Below are positions 7,810 through 15,997 of a stretch of DNA of 42,924 bases, piece by piece. Source of the DNA: a virus (Duplodnaviria > Heunggongvirae > Uroviricota > Caudoviricetes); IMG/VR virus record IMGVR_UViG_3300042549_003167; one strand, 5' to 3'. Below the pieces are notes generated by a model. It did no database searches. It saw nothing but the letters and a program-made list of their open reading frames with translations, and was not told the DNA's origin. The position numbers and the translations under genes are program-made. Position 1 is the first letter of the stretch. Every line of letters starts with the position of its first letter.

Positions 7810-7924
7810 GGAATTTAAGTTTCAATCTGCTCACGATAGAAGAAGAATGTTAAGAATATGGAACTCGGAAATTAAACCAAATGGTGCTGATTGTTATGAA
7901 TTAACAATAATTAATTTAGACTAA
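7733..7924 (+). CDS. Hypothetical protein (48-63 aa), last gene of the plus-strand cassette
   Basis: ORF; true start may be ATG 7778. Confidence 0.55.
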   Translation: MRTNLPKEWYKVKGFMRLFKNDKLIREFKFQSAHDRRRMLRIWNSEIKPNGADCYELTIINLD

Positions 7925-8081
7925 TTATATCAATATCTCCTTCGGGAAGTAAATCCATTTCTTTTATCATTACTACTTCCATGTTCTTAAACTGATTAAG
8001 AACCTCAAGCAAAGACTCGGCATAGACCAATTTAGTTAGGTTTATGCCGTTTTTTTTGAAATATACTCGGTATGCTCTCAT
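7911..8081 (-). CDS. Small ORF not in the track (56 aa, MRAYRVYFKKNGINLTKLVYAESLLEVLNQFKNMEVVMIKEMDLLPEGDIDIISLN)
   Basis: Manual translation; ATGA overlap with the stop of the upstream minus-strand gene. Confidence 0.6.
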   Translation of the reverse strand: MRAYRVYFKKNGINLTKLVYAESLLEVLNQFKNMEVVMIKEMDLLPEGDIDIISLN

Positions 8082-8353
8082 TTCGTGCCGTCTTGGAATG
8101 GTTCGTGGTCAGTGGACTGGTCAATTCTTCTATACCCTTCTTGCCATAAAATCTTGGTCAAGGTAACGGACTTTTTAATTATCATTTCTTCGGAATCTTT
8201 GGGTTGTAATATATGTAGCAGTTCATGTAAAAGCACCTCCAGATGCTTGCGAGATTTCAGTCTGCTATCAATTTCTATGATACCATCACTTGAAGCTATG
8301 CCGTAGGCTTGCTCCTTCCCTAGTTTGCGATATATAATTTTGATGCGGGCCAC
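8078..8353 (-). CDS. Small zincin-like metallopeptidase (about 91 aa)
   Basis: LLHELLHIL HExxH motif; GTG at 8353 follows the upstream stop (track start 8419). Confidence 0.7.
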   Translation of the reverse strand: MARIKIIYRKLGKEQAYGIASSDGIIEIDSRLKSRKHLEVLLHELLHILQPKDSEEMIIKKSVTLTKILWQEGYRRIDQSTDHEPFQDGTK

Positions 8354-8354
8354 A

Positions 8355-9362
8355 TTAAACAATTTTCCCTTTAAAGATACGTTTATTATTGAATTCAAAG
8401 TCTTCTCCATTAGGATCAAGTTCTACCTCTGCAAAACCATGATTCCACTTGTTTAAAGGCATATAGGCCGGGTGCAATTCGCTTAGGCATCCCAACGACC
8501 AAGTAGTTACCATCTTCCCAGTAAGAGTGGGTTCTGTATGTTCTGATGTTTGGTGGTTATGACCTTGAAAAGTGCTGACCTTTGCTTTAAGGAATAATCC
8601 TCTAGCAGGATTTACAGGCGCTGATATTCCACCAACATATTCGTGACCATGAATTCCCCAAAGGTTATTTAGTTTCATTGGTCTTTTGTCCCCTATTATT
8701 TCTATGCCTCTGGCTCTTGCCTTAATGATATTTTCAAACTCAAACTCTTCTATACCCACTAATTCACCGGCTTTCTCGTAAAGAAAATGCTCGTATCTTT
8801 CCTCGTGGTTTCCAATTTTGAAATATATTTTGCACTTTAGTTCCTTCTCAAAGATATCAAATAGGGCTTTGAATGTATCTAGTTCTAGCTTAAAGTTTCT
8901 TTTCTTGGGGTCTTTGATAAATCTGCTTAGTCTATGGCAGTCAATAGTATCGCCATTTAGTAGTAGTGCATCGGGTTTTGTTTTCTTTGCATATTGGATG
9001 GCTGCTGTTATCGCATCTATGCTATGGTATGGTACATGGATATCAGATAGGATTAAAACTTTCTTATGCCCTTTAAAGATGTATGGTTCAAATGCTGTTT
9101 CATCTGATTTAGGAAGATTGTAAGGATTGTATGGTCTAGCTTCGGCCTTTATAAATTCACTATTTTGGATAGTTTTTTTTGACCTATGTATGTTTCCATT
9201 TTTACCTTCAATGTATCTTAAAGAAGACCTAGCCCGTTCTTCATTTATGAATGTTAGATTATTTTCTGCGTACATTATCCTAGCTAATTTCTTAGTAGGC
9301 ATATCGGGGTGTTTGGTTCGGTAGGTTTTTGCGATTAGGCTGTTCCCGTTGTTGGATGGCAT
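8355..9362 (-). CDS. Calcineurin-like metallophosphoesterase with N-terminal helical extension (335 aa)
   Basis: SDIH, GDTID, GNHE, HGH and GHNH motifs in order. Confidence 0.9.
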   Translation of the reverse strand: MPSNNGNSLIAKTYRTKHPDMPTKKLARIMYAENNLTFINEERARSSLRYIEGKNGNIHRSKKTIQNSEFIKAEARPYNPYNLPKSDETAFEPYIFKGHKKVLILSDIHVPYHSIDAITAAIQYAKKTKPDALLLNGDTIDCHRLSRFIKDPKKRNFKLELDTFKALFDIFEKELKCKIYFKIGNHEERYEHFLYEKAGELVGIEEFEFENIIKARARGIEIIGDKRPMKLNNLWGIHGHEYVGGISAPVNPARGLFLKAKVSTFQGHNHQTSEHTEPTLTGKMVTTWSLGCLSELHPAYMPLNKWNHGFAEVELDPNGEDFEFNNKRIFKGKIV

Positions 9363-9390
9363 ATATTTTATTTGTATGGAGAATAGTGTG

Positions 9391-9879
9391 TTATTTCACT
9401 AGTTTTTCATTTCCTTTATATGGTAAATAGTGAGGTTTGCCATCTTTTTTCACACAAATCAATACTTCATTTTTTAAATTTGCTTCATCGTAACTAACAT
9501 GACACCAAGACAATTCTCCATTTATTGGATATTCAGCTATTAATTGCTTAAATTTTAGATTGTCTTTTATATAATGAAACACTTCATTATTGGTAACGCC
9601 ATGACTATGCCCGTCTTGGTCAAGGTCTAGCGCCCTCCCCTTGGAATGGTCTGATGTAAGAGAAGCTCCCGGCGTGCAAGCATTCAGTTCTTTAGACCTA
9701 TAGCCCGAACTGATATGAATAGGACAACGGAAATTGTTTCTTATTTTTTCAAATACATTCTCTGCTAACAATTTAAAGTTAGCTATGTGTTCTTCTGTTG
9801 GCATATTAGATATGCCTTGACGCTTGGCAGTTTCGCTACGAATTACTTCGGCTAAGGATAAATGTTCTGATAATTTCAT
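9391..9879 (-). CDS. Endolysin, peptidase M15 family (162 aa)
   Basis: ISSGYRS, SDHSKGRALD and WCHVSY Zn-peptidase motifs; next to holin-like gene. Confidence 0.9.
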   Translation of the reverse strand: MKLSEHLSLAEVIRSETAKRQGISNMPTEEHIANFKLLAENVFEKIRNNFRCPIHISSGYRSKELNACTPGASLTSDHSKGRALDLDQDGHSHGVTNNEVFHYIKDNLKFKQLIAEYPINGELSWCHVSYDEANLKNEVLICVKKDGKPHYLPYKGNEKLVK

Positions 9880-10103
9880 TAGTCTTGTGTTTTATCTTTT
9901 TTAAATATTTTTTCTACTGCTGTTAATCCTAAAGTTCCAAAGGCTAATAAAGCTACTGCTTCTACTAAAACGGGACTTGGAGCAAAATGCTCCTCACTAA
10001 ATTGGTTATGGTACATAGTAGCACATAAAGCTATTGTACATAATAAACCACATAAACGCTTCATACTATATCTGCCATTATCTTCTTGAAAAAATTGTTT
10101 CAT
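9879..10103 (-). CDS. Holin-like protein, two TM helices (74 aa)
   Basis: Two hydrophobic segments, basic C-terminus, overlaps endolysin start. Confidence 0.7.
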   Translation of the reverse strand: MKQFFQEDNGRYSMKRLCGLLCTIALCATMYHNQFSEEHFAPSPVLVEAVALLAFGTLGLTAVEKIFKKDKTQD

Positions 10104-10498
10104 TATTTTAAACTTTGAAATTGTAAAAATATTATTCCTATAAGGATGACTTTTTGGGCGAAGTCGTACTTTTTGTCCTTTTCTTTTTCGGCTTCTCTGG
10201 CAATATAGATGTTTCTATTTGCTTCATATTTCCACTTCCAATTATAGAAGCTATCTTTTGTTTGATATATTGTTTGATAAAGGCTATCATATTTTTCTTT
10301 TTTAATTGTTAACGAATCTTTTAATGTACTTATTGTGTTGTTATATGAATTAAATAATAAATTTATTGTATCAGCTTGCGAAACTTTCATTATAACCACT
10401 GAATCACCTCTAAATATCCTTTTTACGGGGTATTGGGAGTAAGACAAATGGTATGATAGTATCAGCATTAGCGCTATCAAGCTTAACTTTAACTTCAT
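10103..10498 (-). CDS. Exported coiled-coil protein, spanin-like (131 aa)
   Basis: Signal peptide, helical middle, hydrophobic C-terminal stretch, four D(S/T)x sequons. Confidence 0.6.
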   Translation of the reverse strand: MKLKLSLIALMLILSYHLSYSQYPVKRIFRGDSVVIMKVSQADTINLLFNSYNNTISTLKDSLTIKKEKYDSLYQTIYQTKDSFYNWKWKYEANRNIYIAREAEKEKDKKYDFAQKVILIGIIFLQFQSLK

Positions 10499-10736
10499 TT
10501 AACTCTGTTTTTAAATCTTTGTTTTCTTCTTTTAATGTTATTATTGTATTAACGGCTTCCGTTACTATTTGTGATTGTTTTTTACTAGCTTCTTTTTGAA
10601 CTTTAGCACTTGCTTGTGTGTTTTCTTCTACTTTTGATAATAGGTTTTGGAACTCCCTATCTTTTTTTGCAGTTTCACTTTCGTTCTGTGCAGTAGCTTG
10701 ACATCCAAACAAAAATATTAATAAAAAATATCTCAC
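10410..10736 (-). CDS. Lipoprotein with coiled coil, o-spanin-like (108 aa)
   Basis: MRYFLLIFLFG-C lipobox, long heptad region, Pro-rich C-terminus; overlaps next gene. Confidence 0.65.
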   Translation of the reverse strand: MRYFLLIFLFGCQATAQNESETAKKDREFQNLLSKVEENTQASAKVQKEASKKQSQIVTEAVNTIITLKEENKDLKTELNEVKVKLDSANADTIIPFVLLPIPRKKDI

Positions 10737-10852
10737 TTTTTATTTTTTTTCTCTTTTATTCTTTCATATACATACATTCCCATAAATGCCCAACACATCC
10801 CCACTAATAATAATTGGATATGAAACCCATAATCGTAAAGAAATTCTCTCAT
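10733..10852 (-). CDS. Small single-TM protein not in the track (39 aa, MREFLYDYGFHIQLLLVGMCWAFMGMYVYERIKEKKNKK)
   Basis: Manual translation; TAATG overlap upstream and GTGA overlap downstream. Confidence 0.65.
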   Translation of the reverse strand: MREFLYDYGFHIQLLLVGMCWAFMGMYVYERIKEKKNKK

Positions 10853-11154
10853 TATTTGATGGATTTAATTGCGCCTAATTCCTGCAATGTTCTTAATTGA
10901 GTAGTAGATACAGCTTTAGCTGAGTCGCTTCTTCTTAAAGCTTCTTGTACTAAGTCTAGTCTATTCTCTACTTTTTCAATTCTAACATCTTGAGATTTAG
11001 CTTGTGATTGGAATGTGCTTCTTATATCTATATATAAATATGAAATCGCAATTAGAACAACAAATAAAGTCCCAACTACGGGGTTTTTTGAAAATTCTTT
11101 AAAACTCAATGGTAAAGGATTAGCTCCTATGTTTACTTTTTTACTTGTAGCCAT
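10852..11154 (-). CDS. Single-TM coiled-coil protein, i-spanin- or holin-like (100 aa)
   Basis: TM VVGTLFVVLIAISYLYI followed by a coiled coil. Confidence 0.65.
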   Translation of the reverse strand: MATSKKVNIGANPLPLSFKEFSKNPVVGTLFVVLIAISYLYIDIRSTFQSQAKSQDVRIEKVENRLDLVQEALRRSDSAKAVSTTQLRTLQELGAIKSIK

Positions 11155-11155
11155 T

Positions 11156-11707
11156 TTAGAATAATTTTTTATATAAGCCTAGACTTATTTGGTTAGTGGT
11201 AAAACTAATGGTATAAGCCTCTTTTTGTTTCTTGTAATTTAAACCAACTCCTGCACCTATCTTATTATCAAAACGTCTAATATCACCTAATAAGCCTATA
11301 AAAAGCTCGTTCTTAGGCTTGTGGTAGATGTCGTTGGTAATTGTGATGGTTTTTTCGGAAAGATTGGCTACATATGACCTTCCTATGATTCTATTTTGTG
11401 TAATAGTATCTTGAATATATACGCTGTTATCCGCATTTATCTGTAAAGTATCCGAATAAGCCTTGATTGTATTGTAGTCATTGACGATATAAGTAGTGTC
11501 ATGTACTTCGTCAATTTGATAGAGAGTATCTAAAACGACAAAAGGGATGTCATTCCCTTTCTTATATTTTTTTATTGTATCGTGCTTTATTATAGTGTCT
11601 ATCTTAGTGATAACTTTGGTACCACCCCCTCCATTATTAGGGGCAAGTACGAAAAATAGCACCACAATTATTAGTGCTAAGATTAATATGTTTTTAGCTA
11701 TTTGCAC
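11156..11707 (-). CDS. Membrane-anchored envelope protein with DT-rich linker and beta-rich C-terminus, spanin-like (183 aa)
   Basis: N-terminal TM, six DT(I/L/T) motifs, amphipathic strands ending in Phe. Confidence 0.7.
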   Translation of the reverse strand: MQIAKNILILALIIVVLFFVLAPNNGGGGTKVITKIDTIIKHDTIKKYKKGNDIPFVVLDTLYQIDEVHDTTYIVNDYNTIKAYSDTLQINADNSVYIQDTITQNRIIGRSYVANLSEKTITITNDIYHKPKNELFIGLLGDIRRFDNKIGAGVGLNYKKQKEAYTISFTTNQISLGLYKKLF

Positions 11708-11879
11708 GATTCTTTCTTTCTTTATTCTTATAGTAATAATGTCTTAGTGCAAATAATCCAGAGCAAATACCAATTAGACTAGCAAGTAAGCTAATATATG
11801 GTTGAATTGTAGTTATAGATACAGCAGCACTTAATAAACTTACAGATGCAGATACGTCAGCTAATGTGTTATTTCCCAT
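11694..11879 (-). CDS. Small membrane protein, holin/antiholin-like (61 aa)
   Basis: Hydrophobic core, basic C-terminus; first gene of the lysis cassette. Confidence 0.6.
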   Translation of the reverse strand: MGNNTLADVSASVSLLSAAVSITTIQPYISLLASLIGICSGLFALRHYYYKNKERKNRANS

Positions 11880-11892
11880 GTCAATTTTTTAC

Positions 11893-11916
11893 CAAATATA
11901 GCCAATAATTAAATAA
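11893..11916 (-). promoter_or_regulatory. TAnnTTTG promoter for the lysis cassette
   Basis: Minus strand TTTAATTATTGGC-TATATTTG ending 13 nt before ATG 11879. Confidence 0.55.
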
Positions 11917-11944
11917 ATTTACTTATATTGTCCACTTTTTTTCA

Positions 11945-12169
11945 TCATATTGTCCATTTAGCCCTTGGACAAGCTCCGGAACCTACAGGAGTAAACACCT
12001 TAATTTTTGTAGCGCACCCGCAAGCTTTGCAATGTTGTACTATGGCATCTTTTGCCCATTCCTCGCAATCCATACATATTTCAAGTCTTTTTTCGGCCAC
12101 TTCTTTTTGTTCTTCTGTTGGGTTCATAGCAGTCATATAAGACAGCAAGATTTCTTTTACTTTGTTCAT
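11945..12169 (-). CDS. Small Cys-rich metal-binding protein, DUF6171-like (74 aa)
   Basis: RLEICMDC...CKACGC...CPRAKW pattern. Confidence 0.7.
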   Translation of the reverse strand: MNKVKEILLSYMTAMNPTEEQKEVAEKRLEICMDCEEWAKDAIVQHCKACGCATKIKVFTPVGSGACPRAKWTI

Positions 12170-12957
12170 TTTTTAAAGTATTTTTTGTAGTAGTTTTCGT
12201 TAAATTTAAAAGCATTTATATTAATGTACTTGTAATATTTATCGTAGGTATCTTCTAATTCTTTTGATGTTATTGGTTTTAATGGTTCTGTTGGAATATC
12301 GCCCGATGCTTTTTTATGGTTTTCAAAATTGTCTGGATTGTCTATATCACCACTTTGTTTATGCCCAGCTACCTCTGACGGGTCGCCCCAATTAAAGCAA
12401 TATGATGGCAAATAATCTTTATTATGCTCATCTAATTGACCTTCATCTCTTAGTTTAGTGTACCAACTTAAACCTTCAAATCCTGTTTTATCCACTCTAA
12501 AGCCTATCTCCCTTATTTTATCCATTTTAATAATAACACTAGCTTCCATTGTATTCATTACTAATTCAAGCTTATCTTGTGTAGCAAAAAAGCTCATCTC
12601 TGGTTTCCAAGCATCTTTACCATTAGCCTCTATCCCATCTACTGCTTGTTCTAAATGCCATGGAAGGTAAATATCATCATCATCTGCTAGCATAAAATAA
12701 TCACCCGTAGCATGAGTAACTGCATCTCTACATATTTGCCCGCGATTCTCGTATGGATTACCGGTTAGATAGTCTATGTCATTATTAATTATAATTACTG
12801 CTGGGTCTTGAATATCTAATTCATAGGAATTTTCCTTATCAGTATTAAATATTATTAACTCCTTATTTGGATATGTCTGAGCATAAAACTGCGATAATAT
12901 TCTTCTTACGCAATAATACCTTCTGTAGCTAGTACAAACAAAACTTACTTTTTTCAT
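12166..12957 (-). CDS. Glycosyltransferase, GT2-like (263 aa)
   Basis: VSFVCTSYRR, QTYPNKELII and ADDDDIYLPWHL motifs. Confidence 0.85.
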   Translation of the reverse strand: MKKVSFVCTSYRRYYCVRRILSQFYAQTYPNKELIIFNTDKENSYELDIQDPAVIIINNDIDYLTGNPYENRGQICRDAVTHATGDYFMLADDDDIYLPWHLEQAVDGIEANGKDAWKPEMSFFATQDKLELVMNTMEASVIIKMDKIREIGFRVDKTGFEGLSWYTKLRDEGQLDEHNKDYLPSYCFNWGDPSEVAGHKQSGDIDNPDNFENHKKASGDIPTEPLKPITSKELEDTYDKYYKYININAFKFNENYYKKYFKK

Positions 12958-12966
12958 ATTTTTAAT

Positions 12967-13767
12967 TTACCAAATACCCCCATCCATAAATTCTTGCAAA
13001 TATGGGGTAGCATTTGTGTTTATATTTTTTTCTTTTATAAAATCTAAAATTCTTTCTCTGCCATATGATTGTTGCATAGCGACACCACCTTCTAATAAAA
13101 TGCCATTTTCATCATTTTCGGTATATTTAATTCTATCTGGTATTTCTGTTTGTAATAATTTAGCAAATCTTTGTTCAAAGATTGCCGTATTATCATCCAC
13201 ATAATTATACCATCCCGACTTAGCTATAATTCCTGATAAAACTTCAGGTCTGCAACCAAATACTCTAGTAGACCTTTCATCTCCACCTATATACGCTCTA
13301 TGCCAAGTAATAGCATCGGCATCTTTTAAATGAACCTTTAATTCAGATAATATATCATATTTTAATATAGATGTACCAGTAAGTTTTAAACACATATTAG
13401 GGCTAGCGCCATAGCACCTATTGCCCATTAATGCGGCTTGCATAATACCTAATGCCATAGATGTAGAATCTCCTCTTTGCTTATTTAATCTGGGAGTATA
13501 ATGAATTACTTTATACTCTTCTAGCTGTTTAAAATATTTTTCTGCTTCATATAGCAAATTAACATCTGAACAATAATTATTAGGTTTCACTACATTGTAT
13601 GGGTCTTCTATTTGATGCAGTTCGCAAGCTTGCTCTGCTTCTATGTTTGGCGTAGAGCTGTCAACAATAACAACAGCAAAATTATTTTTTATTATTTGTG
13701 CATTTAAAGATAAAGACAATAATACTTGCTTTATTCTATTGCATGATGTCAACATTAATACATTCAT
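12967..13767 (-). CDS. Putative GT-A-like protein in the glycosylation operon (266 aa)
   Basis: VVIVDSS and CLKLTG segments resemble degenerate GT-A folds; operon context. Confidence 0.5.
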   Translation of the reverse strand: MNVLMLTSCNRIKQVLLSLSLNAQIIKNNFAVVIVDSSTPNIEAEQACELHQIEDPYNVVKPNNYCSDVNLLYEAEKYFKQLEEYKVIHYTPRLNKQRGDSTSMALGIMQAALMGNRCYGASPNMCLKLTGTSILKYDILSELKVHLKDADAITWHRAYIGGDERSTRVFGCRPEVLSGIIAKSGWYNYVDDNTAIFEQRFAKLLQTEIPDRIKYTENDENGILLEGGVAMQQSYGRERILDFIKEKNINTNATPYLQEFMDGGIW

Positions 13768-13768
13768 G

Positions 13769-14452
13769 TTATTTAATTAATCCTTGAGCGAATTTCTCTT
13801 TGTTTGTATGCTCCCAACTATATAGAGCATGGTGTTTTAAAATAGTATTTTGGAATGTATTATAATCTCCATATTCTATATTATGTTTTTCTAAATTTTC
13901 TCTCATAATTCTGTGGTATTCCCATATTTCATTGCTAAATTCATTATCTAATCCTAAGTATTTTTTTACTTCAATACCAGTCCATCCGGGCGAATATGGC
14001 GCATTGCTATAATCTTTAACCAATGGCATATTATCAATCATATGCTTAACCATAGGATGATTTTTAACAAAAGCATAAACATTATTTGTAATAGTATAAT
14101 CACAATGCTGCCAGCCATACCCCCAATGTCCAAAAACAATGGCATCTCTATTTTCTATTGGCAATGTATTTAGATTATCAATATATTCCCAATCTATATC
14201 CAAATACCATCCTCCATAATTATATACAATAAGCCATCTTAACATATCTGCACAAAAAACATAATCTTTATTTTCATACATTAACCAATACATCTCTTTT
14301 AAATTTTCTGGTATTTCTGGGAGATTATTATCAGTCCATAAAAAATACTCGTAATCAGGATGATTTTCTTTTAATTGATTTGATATATGTCTTTCTCTAA
14401 TTGGGATTTCGTATCCACCCACCCAAATTTGATGTATAATTTTTGGAATCAT
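13769..14452 (-). CDS. Glycosyltransferase, GT32/OCH1-like DXD family (227 aa)
   Basis: MIPKIIHQIW, ADMLRW, YNYGGWYLDID motifs. Confidence 0.9.
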   Translation of the reverse strand: MIPKIIHQIWVGGYEIPIRERHISNQLKENHPDYEYFLWTDNNLPEIPENLKEMYWLMYENKDYVFCADMLRWLIVYNYGGWYLDIDWEYIDNLNTLPIENRDAIVFGHWGYGWQHCDYTITNNVYAFVKNHPMVKHMIDNMPLVKDYSNAPYSPGWTGIEVKKYLGLDNEFSNEIWEYHRIMRENLEKHNIEYGDYNTFQNTILKHHALYSWEHTNKEKFAQGLIK

Positions 14453-15033
14453 TATTTAAACTTAATTAATTGACTACCTCTAAAAGTGGGTAAATACTCA
14501 TTCCATTCTATATGTTCTGCATATTCTTTTAAAAAGAAATCAGTAGAATTTCTTACATCTTGATGATAATCATAGTCGTCTAATATTACATAATTACATT
14601 TCCCTATGCATAGTTTTAAATCATGAACTTTGCAATCATAATCGTGGCATCCGTCTATAGAAATTAAGTCAAAGAACTGAGGCAATTCGGTTTCTAATTG
14701 AGAGTCTTTGTGAAGTATTTCCCATTTTGCATTTCCTGTATAATATTTTGCTATGTTTTCATTAGCAATATTATTATCACCATAAGTTTCCAAATCCCAA
14801 CCCAGTGCATATTCTAATTTATCTGATGCCAACATTGTAGGTAAGAATGAAAAACCAAATCTAACTCCTATTTCTAAAAATGATGTTGGCTGTATTACTT
14901 TACCCAATGCCCAATACCATTCAAAACAATTACCACTCCATACATAATCGTATGAATCGTATTTAGTGAAAAATTCAGATGGAATAACATCATGAATTGA
15001 TTGTGGTTTTTCTTTTAATAATTCTTCTATCAT
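14452..15033 (-). CDS. Class I SAM-dependent methyltransferase, Methyltransf_24-like (193 aa)
   Basis: FLEIGVRFGFS and ISIDGCHDY motifs. Confidence 0.85.
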   Translation of the reverse strand: MIEELLKEKPQSIHDVIPSEFFTKYDSYDYVWSGNCFEWYWALGKVIQPTSFLEIGVRFGFSFLPTMLASDKLEYALGWDLETYGDNNIANENIAKYYTGNAKWEILHKDSQLETELPQFFDLISIDGCHDYDCKVHDLKLCIGKCNYVILDDYDYHQDVRNSTDFFLKEYAEHIEWNEYLPTFRGSQLIKFK

Positions 15034-15959
15034 AATAAAACGGATTTTTTTTCTAGTTTTTGAATAATTTCATAATATTTTTTTGAAGCAGTCCCTTCAT
15101 TAATTTCTAGATTTTTGTTGTAAGGAAGCTCATTCATATAAATAGCTTTGTAAAATAATCCGCCTGCTGCGTCTGTGACACCGGCGTTGTGGAAAATATT
15201 TAATCTATCCCAATCGGCTTCTGTACTTGTTGCCCATGCAAATTCTAAATCGGGATGGCAAATGCTTTCGTAGCCTAGTTTCCAGCCATTCCAAAGTACG
15301 GCCCACATATCTGAACACCATATTTGTAGTTCATGGTATGATGGATTAGCTGCTTTCTTTTCGTTGTTTATGTCGGTAATTTCTTTGAATAATCTTTCGC
15401 AATCTTTTTCTACATTAGCCCAAAATTGAGCGTTGATTCCTTTCATTAAGTATTGAGCGCCTATTGCATTTAGTTCGTTGTCTTTTACTAATTGCTTGTC
15501 TATGTCTACTATTTCGCACATTTTATCTAATATATCTTCTCCTTTGGAAATTATGTAGTCGTGGCCTATGTACCACCTGCAATCACTTCCGTACCATTTA
15601 TTATCTTGAAGGAATTGTTTCCAATTTATTGGTTTGGTAAATACAATATCGCAGTCATGATAAAGTATAGCTTCGTTCTCTAGTTCTGGATTTTTTGTAA
15701 AGTGTTGCTTTAAAATGTTGGGACGGATGGAAGAAATGTAATGTCTAGTTTCTCTAGTGTCATCATAAAAAAAGAATCTAGCAGGATAGCCATTAGCTAA
15801 TTTGCTATACTCTTCGGGGATTTCTCCTGTCTGCTTCCAACAAACAATATCTACTTGATTAAGATTAATGCCCATTTCAATAAAGTTATTTAGCATTGTT
15901 TCGAGTTGCCAAGAATAATACTTTATAGCGGGCTGAGCGCAAATAAATCTTAGGTTCAT
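15030..15959 (-). CDS. Glycosyltransferase resembling plant peptidyl-serine galactosyltransferase/HPAT (GT96/GT95-like, 309 aa)
   Basis: YYSWQ, SIRP, LYHDCDIVF, IGAQYLM and WCSDMWA motifs in the order recalled for SGT1. Confidence 0.6.
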   Translation of the reverse strand: MNLRFICAQPAIKYYSWQLETMLNNFIEMGINLNQVDIVCWKQTGEIPEEYSKLANGYPARFFFYDDTRETRHYISSIRPNILKQHFTKNPELENEAILYHDCDIVFTKPINWKQFLQDNKWYGSDCRWYIGHDYIISKGEDILDKMCEIVDIDKQLVKDNELNAIGAQYLMKGINAQFWANVEKDCERLFKEITDINNEKKAANPSYHELQIWCSDMWAVLWNGWKLGYESICHPDLEFAWATSTEADWDRLNIFHNAGVTDAAGGLFYKAIYMNELPYNKNLEINEGTASKKYYEIIQKLEKKSVLL

Positions 15960-15970
15960 ACTTTTTTTAG

Positions 15971-15992
15971 CAAAGTTATTTAATTAAATTAA
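15971..15992 (-). promoter_or_regulatory. TAnnTTTG promoter with upstream TTAATTTAATT element
   Basis: Minus strand TTAATTTAATT-AAA-TAACTTTG ending 11 nt before ATG 15959. Confidence 0.65.
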
Positions 15993-15997
15993 TAAAC

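Noticed and set aside
7937-7949. cTTCGg tetraloop hairpin as terminator at the convergence point
   Set aside because: Only a 3-bp stem with no U-tract, and it lies inside the 56-aa ORF
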